A stretch of 64,000 nt of DNA from Chloroflexota bacterium. Lineage in GTDB: Bacteria; Chloroflexota; UBA6077; FW602-bin22; JAMCVK01. The translations under genes and the position numbers were made by a program. The stretch covers positions 13,018 to 77,017 of the forward strand of contig JAMCVK010000008.1 in assembly GCA_023475225.1 (NCBI GenBank), written 5' to 3'. Positions 18,595 through 28,302 of this stretch are shown in pieces. Positions within the stretch are counted from its first letter, which is position 1, and the number at the start of each line of letters is the position of its first letter. Under the pieces are notes generated by a model that did no database searches, was not told where the DNA came from, and worked only from the letters and a program-made list of their open reading frames with translations.

Positions 18595-19420
18595 CCCTCG
18601 CCGCCTCAATCACCTTAGCATACTCCTCAGTCCACTCAGGAGCATCTATCTTGACCATTCGTCCAATCACCCGCTTATCGCCCAGCTCTTCTAGACTCAA
18701 CTGGGCCGCACGCTGCGCCTGTACGGTATGTTTCCGTTGCCAGCGCAACATTTCAATGGCTGTAGGCATCTCATTCCTCCGTCCGAATTGAACCGGACAT
18801 TGGGCGATCACTTCAACCACAGAGAACCCTTTATGAGCGATAGCTTCGCTGAGCAGGTCGATCAGTTGGTGCACATAATAGGCCGTACCCCTGGCTACAT
18901 AGGTGGCCCCGGCCGCCTTGGCCAGTTCGCAGAGATCAAAGGGACGCTCAAGATGCCCTTTAGGAGCGGTGGTAGCGAGGCGTGCTCTAGGGGTCAACGG
19001 TGAGTACTGTCCACCAGTCATACCGTATATTTCATTGTTGATGATGATCGCCGTGAGATCAATGTTACGTCGTGCCGCATGAATGAAATGATTACCGCCG
19101 ATGGCCGCACAGTCGCCGTCGCCCATAGGTACGATCACCGTCAGATTGGGATTGGCGATCTTGATGCCCGTAGCGATGGCCAGGGCGCGCCCATGTGTGC
19201 CGTGAAAGGCATCGAAGTTGAGATAGTTATAAATGAAGCCGGAGCAGCCAATGCCGGTGCCAATCACGATTTCATCCTGGTTCAACTGCAAGCGCTCGAT
19301 GGCCCGCAGGAGGGCACCCATTACCGTGCCGATGCCGCAGCCGGAACACCAAATGGTGGGCCAGCTCCCCTGGCGAATATACTTTTCTAATAGGACGGAT
19401 GTGGAGGCAACCGATGCCAC
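18575..19420 (-). CDS. 2-oxoacid:ferredoxin oxidoreductase, beta (TPP-binding) subunit
   Basis: WCSGCGIG ... GDGD ... motifs. GTG 19420 overlaps the alpha stop (TAGTG) and follows GGAGAGGTGG. Confidence 0.9.
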   Translation of the reverse strand: MASVASTSVLLEKYIRQGSWPTIWCSGCGIGTVMGALLRAIERLQLNQDEIVIGTGIGCSGFIYNYLNFDAFHGTHGRALAIATGIKIANPNLTVIVPMGDGDCAAIGGNHFIHAARRNIDLTAIIINNEIYGMTGGQYSPLTPRARLATTAPKGHLERPFDLCELAKAAGATYVARGTAYYVHQLIDLLSEAIAHKGFSVVEVIAQCPVQFGRRNEMPTAIEMLRWQRKHTVQAQRAAQLSLEELGDKRVIGRMVKIDAPEWTEEYAKVIEAARDDRADG

Positions 19421-20580
19421 TATCCACCTCTCCAATTGAGCGGGGGGTCATCAGTCAATACCCGCTTTAAGACCTCCAGGATTTGTTCCGGCGTAATTAA
19501 CACTCCATCGTAACGGGGCAAGGAGATAACCTTTGTTCTCCCTCCGGCTGCCTCACGCACCTTCTCTACCAGCTGTCCCGCGTTCATCTCCGGTACGACG
19601 ATCGCTCGTACTCTTTCAGCAGCCGCCCGTACCTCTTCTTCAGGGAAGGGCCAGAGGGTTACCCCCCTGATCAGCCCCACTTGGAGTCCCATAGTCCTGG
19701 CTATTCTCATGGCCGCTCTGGCCGAACGGGCCACACAGCCATAAGCAAAGAGCGCTATCTCGGCGTCATCCATCATCTCCTCAACTGTGTGGACGATCTC
19801 CTCCCGATGACGCTCTATTTTGGCATGAAGACGGCTAATCAGGGCCCTGGCCGCCTGCGGATCACCCGTCGCCTCGAAGCCATTCTCATCATGCATGCTG
19901 CTGTTGGCATACCAGTGATAGCCGCTGCCGAAATCGGCCATCGGAGGAACATCAGAGGGAATGGCGGCATACGGTCTGTATGCGGCGGGCAGTACGGTCG
20001 GCCGCGGTCGGTCGACTATTTCTACCTCACCAGGTAGTTCGATATCCTCGCGCATACGGGCGATGATGGCATCAGAAAGAAGGATGACCGGGGTGCGGAA
20101 TCTCTCTGAAAGGTTGACTGCCCTGACGGTGAGGTCGAAGGTCTCCCTGACCGACCAGGGCGATAGAACGATAATTGGATGATCACCATGCGTACCCCAG
20201 CGGGACATCATCACGTCTCCCTGGGCCGGTGAGGTGGCCATACCCGTGCTGGGTCCCACCCGTTGGACGTTGACGATGACGCAGGGCACCTCCATCATGA
20301 TAGCCAGCCCCAGGTTCTCCGCCTTCAGGGAGAAGCCCGGCCCACTGGTGGCATCCATCGCCTTCAGACCGGCCAGAGAGGCACCGATAACGGCCGCCAA
20401 ACTGGCGATCTCGTCCTCCATCTGGATAAACTTGCCGTCTACCTCAGGGAGACGTTTGGCCATCAGCTCCGCTATCTCTGAAGAGGGGGTTATCGGATAG
20501 CCGGCGAAAAAGCGGACGCCGGCGGCGAGGGCTCCCTCCACACAGGCTTCATTGCCTGATAGCAACTGTATCTTCTTCAC
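19420..20580 (-). CDS. 2-oxoacid:ferredoxin oxidoreductase, alpha subunit
   Basis: 386 aa, LSGNEACVEGALAAGVRFFAGYPITPSSEI. Confidence 0.9.
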   Translation of the reverse strand: MKKIQLLSGNEACVEGALAAGVRFFAGYPITPSSEIAELMAKRLPEVDGKFIQMEDEIASLAAVIGASLAGLKAMDATSGPGFSLKAENLGLAIMMEVPCVIVNVQRVGPSTGMATSPAQGDVMMSRWGTHGDHPIIVLSPWSVRETFDLTVRAVNLSERFRTPVILLSDAIIARMREDIELPGEVEIVDRPRPTVLPAAYRPYAAIPSDVPPMADFGSGYHWYANSSMHDENGFEATGDPQAARALISRLHAKIERHREEIVHTVEEMMDDAEIALFAYGCVARSARAAMRIARTMGLQVGLIRGVTLWPFPEEEVRAAAERVRAIVVPEMNAGQLVEKVREAAGGRTKVISLPRYDGVLITPEQILEVLKRVLTDDPPLNWRGG

Positions 20581-20602
20581 TCCAATATACCCATACGTAT
20601 GG

Positions 20603-20803
20603 CTAACTGGCTATCTGGATGGCGAAGTCCGGACAGATGAGCTCGCAGAGCTGGCATTTGGTGCAGGCCTCCGGCTGTTTCACCAGAGGTAATCCATCCG
20701 TGGCGGCCACAAATACGCCTCTTGGACAGATAGCGACACAGATCCCGCAGCGTTTACACCAATCGTTATTTATCAATATGGAGACGGTATCCTGATCAAT
20801 CAT
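20603..20803 (-). CDS. 2-oxoacid:ferredoxin oxidoreductase, delta subunit (2x[4Fe-4S] ferredoxin)
   Basis: 66 aa with CKRCGICVAICP and CTKCQLCELICP. Confidence 0.85.
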   Translation of the reverse strand: MIDQDTVSILINNDWCKRCGICVAICPRGVFVAATDGLPLVKQPEACTKCQLCELICPDFAIQIAS

Positions 20804-20820
20804 AGGATCAACAACTCTCC

Positions 20821-21858
20821 CTAAAGGATAGCCGAGGCTTGCAGTATGTGCACTCGTGGCCGGACCTCTTCAGCAAAAGATCTGATAGTCTCTTCTAAAT
20901 CATCCTCAACGGCAGGCATCGGATAGATCGTGATTTGATCCACCCCCAAGCAGAGCATCTCGTTCACCTTCTCAGCCACCTCGACAGCGTTTCCGGCCAG
21001 AGAAAGATGATCCACGAATTCATCCGGCACCAGGTCTGCCACCGCGGAGACCAGGGCGGGGTCGTGGCTGTAGCCAATCTCGGCTATCTTTTGCCTTAGT
21101 GCCAGCGGTACCTCCAGGCCGAGAGGGGCCATAAAGTTGAAGTGAGGATAGTCGGACATAAGCTGCCGGGCGATCCTTGGCTTCACCGCTGCCTTGGCCA
21201 GGCGCGAGTCAGGACAAACACAAGTATCGATCCTGGCCACAAACTCGATCTCTCTGGGGTCCCTGCCCCGCCGACGAGCGCCGTTGGCTACCAGTTCCTG
21301 GGCTGGTTTAATAACCCGTTCTGAGACACAGGAGGAGATGATCACCCCGTCAGCCACCTCCCCGGCCAACTCTAAGGTCTTCGGGCTATTACTGGCAATG
21401 TAGATGGGGATATCGGGCCGCGTGGGGAAGTCCAGTTTGCCACTGAAGCTGGTCGCTTTGCCTTGAAAATCGACCTTTCCCCCAGCCAGAAGAAGACGAA
21501 TCAAGGCTATCGCCTCTCTTATGGCCAAGGCCGGCTTCTCACGTTGAAGACCCATCTCCGCGAAACCAGAATATCCAGCGCCGATGCCCAAGACGGCCCG
21601 CCCGCCGGAGATTTCATCTACTGTGGCTATGGCTGCGGCGGTCATAGCCGGGTGCCTGGAGTAGGGATCAGTCACACAAGGGCCGAGCACGATTCGCATC
21701 GAATGCACCGCGCAAAGCGCCAGGCTGGCATACACCTCGCGAAAGAATCGTTGGTCGGCGTACCAGAAAAAGTCGTAGCCGCATGCCTCACTCAATTTGA
21801 CCATCTTGACCAATCGTTCAGCTGGATGACGACCAAGAATGAGCACACCTGCTCGCAC
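20821..21858 (-). CDS. LLM-class (luciferase-like) flavin/F420-dependent oxidoreductase
   Basis: 345 aa with a Mer/LLM-like profile (GRAVLGIGAGYSGF...). Its start abuts the upstream stop (21858/21859). Confidence 0.75.
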   Translation of the reverse strand: MRAGVLILGRHPAERLVKMVKLSEACGYDFFWYADQRFFREVYASLALCAVHSMRIVLGPCVTDPYSRHPAMTAAAIATVDEISGGRAVLGIGAGYSGFAEMGLQREKPALAIREAIALIRLLLAGGKVDFQGKATSFSGKLDFPTRPDIPIYIASNSPKTLELAGEVADGVIISSCVSERVIKPAQELVANGARRRGRDPREIEFVARIDTCVCPDSRLAKAAVKPRIARQLMSDYPHFNFMAPLGLEVPLALRQKIAEIGYSHDPALVSAVADLVPDEFVDHLSLAGNAVEVAEKVNEMLCLGVDQITIYPMPAVEDDLEETIRSFAEEVRPRVHILQASAIL

Positions 21859-24684
21859 TTAGTTTCCTCCCTGACCAGGATAAGCGGGTCTGCTACTGCT
21901 CGGTACCCCCAACCCCCACTCTTCGACACTCTCTTGTCGATCCAGTAAGGCCCGGCGGATCTTCTGCGGCGTGGCTGGTAGACTGGTTATCCTTACCCCT
22001 GTGGCATCATAGATGGCGTTGACGATGGCTGCGGCCGTAGGTACGGTGCTTATCTCTCCAACCCCCTTCGCCCCAAAAGGACCATGTGGTTCTTCGTCTT
22101 CCACAATGATCGGCAGCACCTTCGGGGCCATCTGGAAGGTAGGGATACGATACTTATTGAAGTTCAGCGTCTTTGTGATGCCCCTTTCAATGACCATCTC
22201 CTCCAAAAGGGCATAACCCACACCCATCGTGCAACCGCCCTCGATCTGCGATTTCACCAGAAGGGGGTTGATGGCCTTGCCAACATCGTGGGCCGCGATG
22301 ATGGCTAGAACCTGCACCTGTCCCGTGTTTTGATCCACTCGTACGATAGCAATCTGCGTGGCAAAGCCATAGGACAAATAGGTTACGGCTGTTTCGGAGC
22401 GCACGGTCTCTGGACTCAATGGGGTGGTGGGGGGTGGATAATACCTGCTTGAGCCAAGTACCTGAAGCCCCTGTTCGTGGGCGACGGTCAGAACGTCGTT
22501 GACGGAAAGGGATTTCTGGGGATCAGCGCGGGCAACTATATGTCCATTCTTGAATACCAGCTCCTCTTTCTTGACCTTCAACTTGTGTTCGGCCAGCCCG
22601 AGTAAGCGCATCCTGGCCTGTTGGGCTGCTAGGAGAGTGGCATTTCCAATGATGAAGGTTTGCCGTGAAGCGGTCGTGGCTCCACATGAGGGGGCCATAG
22701 CTGTATCACCACTGTAGACTTGCACCCGTTCTAAAGCGATCCCCAGCTCCTGAGCGACCATTTGCTGAAGTACTGTGTTTATGCCCTGGCCAAGCTCGGA
22801 GGCACCTATGTGAACGAAGAGCTGGCCATCCTCTCCCAGGACGATCTCTGCCCCAGCTGGCTCGTCTCTCCCATGACCAAACCCCACATTTTTGAAGGCA
22901 CAGGCAACCCCCACGCCAATACCAGATTCTCTTGGCATCTTCTTTAATTCTTCAGCTGCTCGTCGGATAGTCTCTGTCAACCCAACGCTATGCTGTAATA
23001 CCTCGCCGCTGGCGGTTACAGAGCCGACTTTGAGAGCGTTTTTCAAGCGGAGTTCGAGGGGGTCGATGCCCAACTTATGGGCCAGGGCATCCATCTGCAA
23101 TTCGTGAGCGAAGGCGACCTGTGGCACTCCAAAGCCGCGCATAGCTCCAGCCGGCGGATTGTTCGTGAATACACCTATGGCCTCCACACGCACGTTAGGA
23201 ACGGCATAGGGACCGATAGCATGCACAGCCGCATTCCTGATTGTCGGCAGGCTCAGCGAAGCATAAGCCCCTTTGTCGCTAATTATCTGCGCCTCCACAG
23301 CGGTTAAAAGTCCATCTCTAGTAGCCCCCGTTTTATAGCGCATAAGGAAGGGGTGTTTCTTCGGATGAACGATCATCGATTCTTCGCGGGAGAAGACCAT
23401 CTTGGCTGGCCGACCGGTCTTGAGCGCCAGCAGGGCCACATGAATCTGCAACGAGATGTCATCCTTACCTCCAAAGGCGCCACCGGTAACCGTATGTACT
23501 ATGCGCACCTTCTCCTCAGACAGGCCCAGGGCTTGGGCAACCTGTCTCCTATCGCCAAATGGATCCTGCGACCCGACGTAGACGGTAACCCCCCCGTCAT
23601 TGTCAGGAACAGCCATCCCCGCCTCTGGCTCAAGGAAGGCGTGCTCAGCGAAGGGGGTATCATAGGTATTCTCTATGACTACGTCGGCCATGCAGAAGCC
23701 TCGCTCAATATCCCCTTTATCGATGGTTATCCGATTGGCTATATTGCCCTCGGCGTGAATCTGCGGGGCATCCGGGGCTAAGGCCTCCTGCGCTGAAAAA
23801 ACAGCGGGAAGCTCGCGGTATTCCACCACGATCTCCTGGCAGGCTCGAGAGGCGACTTCGGGAGAGATAGCCGCCACCAGGGCTACGGCATCGCCCATAT
23901 ATCTCACCCTGTCCCGACAAAGGACTGGTTGGTCAGAGAAGATGATACCAAAGCTGTTTTCTCCAGGCACATCTTCCGCAGTCAAGACGGCCTCTACACC
24001 GGCCATCGCCCGTGCCTTGGAGGTATCGATACGGATAATCTCAGCGTGGGGCAGTTGTGCTCTTAAGGCTTGACCATAGAGCATATTGGGGAAGAACAGG
24101 TCAGCGGCGTAAATAGCCCTTCCGGTCACCTTGTCTTTGGCATCGCTACGCAGGATCGATGCTCCCACCAGAGTCGATGTCTTCAGTTCAACAGTGGTCG
24201 AACGAGGACGATGACCAGTCATCGTTTCAGCTGCCTCTTGAATGGCGCGCACAATCCGCTGGTAACCGGTACAACGGCAAAGGTTTCCAGCCAGGGCCTT
24301 TCGTATCTGCTCTTCGGAGGGATGGGGTTGGGCGTCTAGTAAAGCCTTTGCCGCCATTATCATCCCTGGTGTACAATAGCCGCATTGCACGGCACTGTGT
24401 TCAATGAATGCCTCTTGCAGGGGATCCAGCTGCCCGTTGGTACCAAGTCCCTCGATGGTCACGACCTCTTGTCCCGATGCCTTCAGCGCCAGGGTACGGC
24501 AAGCTTTAATGGCCTTACCCCCCATAATCACGGTGCAGGCTCCACAATACCCCTTACCGCAACCGTTTTTGGTCCCTGTCAAATGCAGCTGTTCCCGCAA
24601 TACATGGAGGAGCGTAGCCTCCACGGGTACAGCAAGACTGTACTCCCTACCGTTGACCATCAGGGATAGAAGAAAATTCTCCAT
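21859..24684 (-). CDS. Xanthine dehydrogenase-family molybdenum hydroxylase with fused N-terminal 2x[2Fe-2S] domain (Mop/XdhD-like), no FAD domain
   Basis: 941 aa. The N-terminus has CGKGYCGACTV and CRCTGY. The large Mo-pterin-binding part has GGAFGGK and ends in a GVGE-type region. Confidence 0.9.
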   Translation of the reverse strand: MENFLLSLMVNGREYSLAVPVEATLLHVLREQLHLTGTKNGCGKGYCGACTVIMGGKAIKACRTLALKASGQEVVTIEGLGTNGQLDPLQEAFIEHSAVQCGYCTPGMIMAAKALLDAQPHPSEEQIRKALAGNLCRCTGYQRIVRAIQEAAETMTGHRPRSTTVELKTSTLVGASILRSDAKDKVTGRAIYAADLFFPNMLYGQALRAQLPHAEIIRIDTSKARAMAGVEAVLTAEDVPGENSFGIIFSDQPVLCRDRVRYMGDAVALVAAISPEVASRACQEIVVEYRELPAVFSAQEALAPDAPQIHAEGNIANRITIDKGDIERGFCMADVVIENTYDTPFAEHAFLEPEAGMAVPDNDGGVTVYVGSQDPFGDRRQVAQALGLSEEKVRIVHTVTGGAFGGKDDISLQIHVALLALKTGRPAKMVFSREESMIVHPKKHPFLMRYKTGATRDGLLTAVEAQIISDKGAYASLSLPTIRNAAVHAIGPYAVPNVRVEAIGVFTNNPPAGAMRGFGVPQVAFAHELQMDALAHKLGIDPLELRLKNALKVGSVTASGEVLQHSVGLTETIRRAAEELKKMPRESGIGVGVACAFKNVGFGHGRDEPAGAEIVLGEDGQLFVHIGASELGQGINTVLQQMVAQELGIALERVQVYSGDTAMAPSCGATTASRQTFIIGNATLLAAQQARMRLLGLAEHKLKVKKEELVFKNGHIVARADPQKSLSVNDVLTVAHEQGLQVLGSSRYYPPPTTPLSPETVRSETAVTYLSYGFATQIAIVRVDQNTGQVQVLAIIAAHDVGKAINPLLVKSQIEGGCTMGVGYALLEEMVIERGITKTLNFNKYRIPTFQMAPKVLPIIVEDEEPHGPFGAKGVGEISTVPTAAAIVNAIYDATGVRITSLPATPQKIRRALLDRQESVEEWGLGVPSSSRPAYPGQGGN

Positions 24685-24697
24685 CTCTTCCTCCGGC

Positions 24698-25831
24698 TCA
24701 GTCCACCTTCTCTAGTTCTATCTTGCTTTCGACCGGGGCGATGGGGGAAACGAATCTCACTGCCGTTCTACGCAGGATTAGTAGCCAGCGACCTAATTCT
24801 GGCGCGGCAGCTGTGATGATAATTACGGCCTGGATAACCAGATATAGCTCTAAAGGAATGTGGGTCACTCTCATCATCACCATGCCCCCCTGCATTAATG
24901 CTCCAAAGACGAAGGCGGCGACAACTATGCCAAACGAATTGTGGCGGCCCAAGATACCCACAGCGATGCCTGTCCAGCCGTATCCCGGTGAGAAATCAGA
25001 GATGAAACGCTTATGCAGGCCAAGAACCTCGCCCGCGCCACCAAGACCAGCTATGGCTCCGCTGACAAGCATAGCCAGAAAGATGTTTCTAGCCATGCTT
25101 ATGCCTGCATCCTCTGCGGCCAGTGGCGAGAGACCGGAGGCTTTCAATTCATAGCCTAAAACCGTCTTCTCCAGGACAAAATAGATCACTACCGCGCAAA
25201 GGAGGGCGAGAAAGATTGCTGCCGATAGCTGACTCGGTGGTAACAGATTGGGTAATTGAGCACTGACAGCCACAACGGCAGTTTGGGGGAAGTTCGTCTC
25301 ACCCGGCGATAAAAAGGGATAGCTCACCAGATAGCCGGTGAGGAGGATAGCGATAAAGTTCAACATCACTGTAATGATGATCTCATTTGCCCCCGTCTTT
25401 ATCTTTAATATGCCAGGGATAAGGCTCCACATCCCCCCAGCCAGAGCCCCCGCAGCCAGGGCCAAGGGGAGATGAATAAAAATGGGCAAGCCGGTGATGT
25501 ATATCCCGGCCAACGCAGAGGTGAGGGCACCCACGTACAGCTGCCCTTCCAAACCAATGTTGAACTGACGGGCCTTGGCGGCGAAGGAGAAGGCCAGTCC
25601 AGTGAAGATAAGGGGTGTAGTCTTAGCCAACGTTTGGCTCAGGTAATAAGACCCACCAAAGGCCCCATGAAACATCGCCGCATAAGCAGCGATCGGCGAG
25701 TAGCCAGCGAGAAAGATCACGATCGCACCGATTAACAGAGAGAAGACGGCTGCAAACGCTGAGAAGAGTATCTGGTTAAACCTTCCGTTACCGACCAACC
25801 ATTTTCCAAAGGCAGATTTCAACCTATTCAC
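24698..25831 (-). CDS. ABC transporter permease, BMP/nucleoside type (NupP/YufP-like)
   Basis: 377-aa polytopic membrane protein. It overlaps the ATPase gene by 8 nt. Confidence 0.8.
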   Translation of the reverse strand: MNRLKSAFGKWLVGNGRFNQILFSAFAAVFSLLIGAIVIFLAGYSPIAAYAAMFHGAFGGSYYLSQTLAKTTPLIFTGLAFSFAAKARQFNIGLEGQLYVGALTSALAGIYITGLPIFIHLPLALAAGALAGGMWSLIPGILKIKTGANEIIITVMLNFIAILLTGYLVSYPFLSPGETNFPQTAVVAVSAQLPNLLPPSQLSAAIFLALLCAVVIYFVLEKTVLGYELKASGLSPLAAEDAGISMARNIFLAMLVSGAIAGLGGAGEVLGLHKRFISDFSPGYGWTGIAVGILGRHNSFGIVVAAFVFGALMQGGMVMMRVTHIPLELYLVIQAVIIITAAAPELGRWLLILRRTAVRFVSPIAPVESKIELEKVD

Positions 25832-27401
25832 CTCTGTTTTGCCAGGAGACCATACCCGTTTCTTCCACAGCCACGGGCTCCGTTCGTCCGATCTCAGCTG
25901 CCTTCTTGCCCATCATCAGTAAGCCTATCTCTTCTCGGGCAAATTCTCGAGTCTTTCTGACATCCATGATCTTACCCTCATAGATGACAGCGATACGGTC
26001 GCTTAGGGCGATGATCTCATCCAAATCTGTGGAGATCAACAGTACCACCCTGCCCTGGTCTCTGACCTCCACCAGTTTTTGATGGACGTATTCGGTGGCT
26101 CCGATGTCCAGCCCTCTTGTTGGCTGAACAGCGATAACTACTTCTGGGTCCTTACCGAATTCCCTGGCCACGACCAATTTCTGCTGATTACCTCCCGACA
26201 AGTACTTGGCTTGAACCTGCTCGCTAGGGGTTCTTATATCGAATGCAGCGATAAGCCTTTGGGCATAAGAGCGAATGGCTTCGTGGTCCAGGATAAAGCC
26301 CTTAGCGAAGGGTAGTCTGTAGTGCACGCCAAGGATGAGGTTATATTGCACAGTGAAATCGGGGATTAGACCACGGGCCTGTCTGTCCTCAGGTATATGG
26401 GCCACGCCGGCGGCATTGATTTCCCTCGGACTCCTATTACAGAGGTCTCTTTCACAAAACAGTATGCAGCCTCGGCTAGCCCGCCGCAGCCCTCGCAAGG
26501 CCTCGCACAACTCAGATTGCCCATTGCCCTCAACACCGGCGATCCCCAGGATTTCCCCGCGGCAGAGCGACAGGTTGACCCCATTCACGGCCGGTAGATG
26601 CCGAGCATCGTAAACCACTAAATTCTCTATCCTAAGAGCCTCCACCGGCTGCTGAGCCTCCCGTTTAGGCACCTCGAAAAGGATATCTCTTCCGACCATC
26701 ATCCTGGCCAGCTCCCGAGGCGTCGTTTTGCTCTTCTCGACGGTGCCAATAACCTTTCCCCTGCGCAACACGGTTATGCGATCACTGATGGCCATAACCT
26801 CTTTTAGCTTGTGGGTGATAAAGATGATTGTTTTACCCTCTGCTTTGAATTGTCTTAAGACATTAAAAAGGTTATCTATCTCTTGGGGTGTCAGAACGGC
26901 CGTAGGCTCATCCAGGATGAGCGTTTCGGCTCCCCGGTATAGGGCTTTTAGTATCTCTACCCTTTGCCTTAGTCCAACAGAGAGGCTGGCGACCTTCGCC
27001 TTTGGATCAATCCTGAGCCCGTACTGCTTGGAGACCTTCTCGGTGTACTCAACGGCCTTGTCGAAATCAAAAAGGAGTTTATCTGTAAGATCCGTTCCCA
27101 GGACAAGGTTCTCTGCCACCGTAAAAGGAGCAACCAACATAAAATGTTGATGGACCATACCGATCTTCAGCCTGATGGCGTCACTGGCATCTCTTATTTC
27201 AGACCTGATCCCATTCACGACGATATCGCCACTATCCTTATGATAGAGGCCATAGAGAATGTTCATCAAGGTAGTCTTTCCGGCCCCATTCTCTCCCAGA
27301 AGGGCGTGAATCTCCCCTTTGCGCACGGCCAAATCTATGTGATCGTTGGCCACGACGGGACCAAACCTCTTGGTGATGCCTCGCATCTCTATGACATTCA
27401 T
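25824..27401 (-). CDS. ABC transporter ATP-binding protein, tandem-ATPase type (NupO/YufO/RbsA-like)
   Basis: Walker A is GENGAGKTT, and a second NBD is present. ATG 27401 is preceded by AAGGAGA, so it is preferred over the track start at 27446. Confidence 0.9.
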   Translation of the reverse strand: MNVIEMRGITKRFGPVVANDHIDLAVRKGEIHALLGENGAGKTTLMNILYGLYHKDSGDIVVNGIRSEIRDASDAIRLKIGMVHQHFMLVAPFTVAENLVLGTDLTDKLLFDFDKAVEYTEKVSKQYGLRIDPKAKVASLSVGLRQRVEILKALYRGAETLILDEPTAVLTPQEIDNLFNVLRQFKAEGKTIIFITHKLKEVMAISDRITVLRRGKVIGTVEKSKTTPRELARMMVGRDILFEVPKREAQQPVEALRIENLVVYDARHLPAVNGVNLSLCRGEILGIAGVEGNGQSELCEALRGLRRASRGCILFCERDLCNRSPREINAAGVAHIPEDRQARGLIPDFTVQYNLILGVHYRLPFAKGFILDHEAIRSYAQRLIAAFDIRTPSEQVQAKYLSGGNQQKLVVAREFGKDPEVVIAVQPTRGLDIGATEYVHQKLVEVRDQGRVVLLISTDLDEIIALSDRIAVIYEGKIMDVRKTREFAREEIGLLMMGKKAAEIGRTEPVAVEETGMVSWQNRGE

Positions 27402-27499
27402 CGATCCATTCTCCTTAAATGATGGTAAGGGGTCCGGATAAGGCAACGATGGCCGGGCCTTGCTTACTAGTCATCGTGACCCTCAGCCAGTAATCCTCA

Positions 27500-28282
27500 C
27501 TACTCCTCACCGCTGAGGCTTTCAGCGGCTTCCCTCTCAGCGCGGTCAAAAACCTCCGAATGGACGAATCCTCTGGGCCAAGCCAGCTCCTGGTCGGGCA
27601 ATTGGGCCAGTCCGGCTCTTACAATCTTGGTCAGCTCCGCAACACGTTTCCCTAGGCACCTCACCGCGTTCAGCCCAATCTCATCTTGCAGAACAGCTTG
27701 CTTCTCCCCGGGCTGGTCGGAATGAACAGGGTAGGGGAAACCCTGAGTAGCCATAGCACCCCAATGTCCACCGATGCTGGTAGCTGGACGAGCTGGCCCT
27801 ACCCCACAGACGATCATGTCGTGGATGTAGAACCAGCGGTGGATGCTATCAATCGTTGCCTCTTGACCCCCATTTCGTTCTGCCGCGATGGCGATGGCCC
27901 CACCAACTTTGTTACGGAGATGAAAGCCCATCTCGATGGCCATAGATTTATCCAAGACTGTCTTCAGCTGAGCCGGCACCCCTCCCCAATAAGAGGGGGC
28001 TCCGATAATGATCCCATCAGCCCGCATCATCGCCTTAAGGATCTTATTGATGTCATCCCTATCTTCACGATAACACATACACGGACGCTCTAACGATGGC
28101 TTGCGCCAGCAGGGATAGGTGGCCCGACATCCGCCCTCGATCTTCATCTCTGCCAGAGCTAAAAATTCGGACTCAACACCTGGAATCTCCTCAGCGGCCT
28201 TGAGCGCCTCTTTAACCAGTATTTCCGTATTCCCACCTCGTCTAGGACTTCCACATATACCCAGGATTTTAACCTTTGCCAT
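27500..28282 (-). CDS. Flavodoxin-fold FMN reductase / iron-sulfur flavoprotein-like protein
   Basis: KILGICGSPRRGGNTEILV is an N-terminal NADPH-dependent FMN reductase signature. A Cys cluster (GGCRATYPCW...PCMC) follows. ATG 28282 follows GGGAGGAG. Confidence 0.7.
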   Translation of the reverse strand: MAKVKILGICGSPRRGGNTEILVKEALKAAEEIPGVESEFLALAEMKIEGGCRATYPCWRKPSLERPCMCYREDRDDINKILKAMMRADGIIIGAPSYWGGVPAQLKTVLDKSMAIEMGFHLRNKVGGAIAIAAERNGGQEATIDSIHRWFYIHDMIVCGVGPARPATSIGGHWGAMATQGFPYPVHSDQPGEKQAVLQDEIGLNAVRCLGKRVAELTKIVRAGLAQLPDQELAWPRGFVHSEVFDRAEREAAESLSGEE

Positions 28283-28302
28283 ACTGCTCCTCCCACTCAT
28301 AC

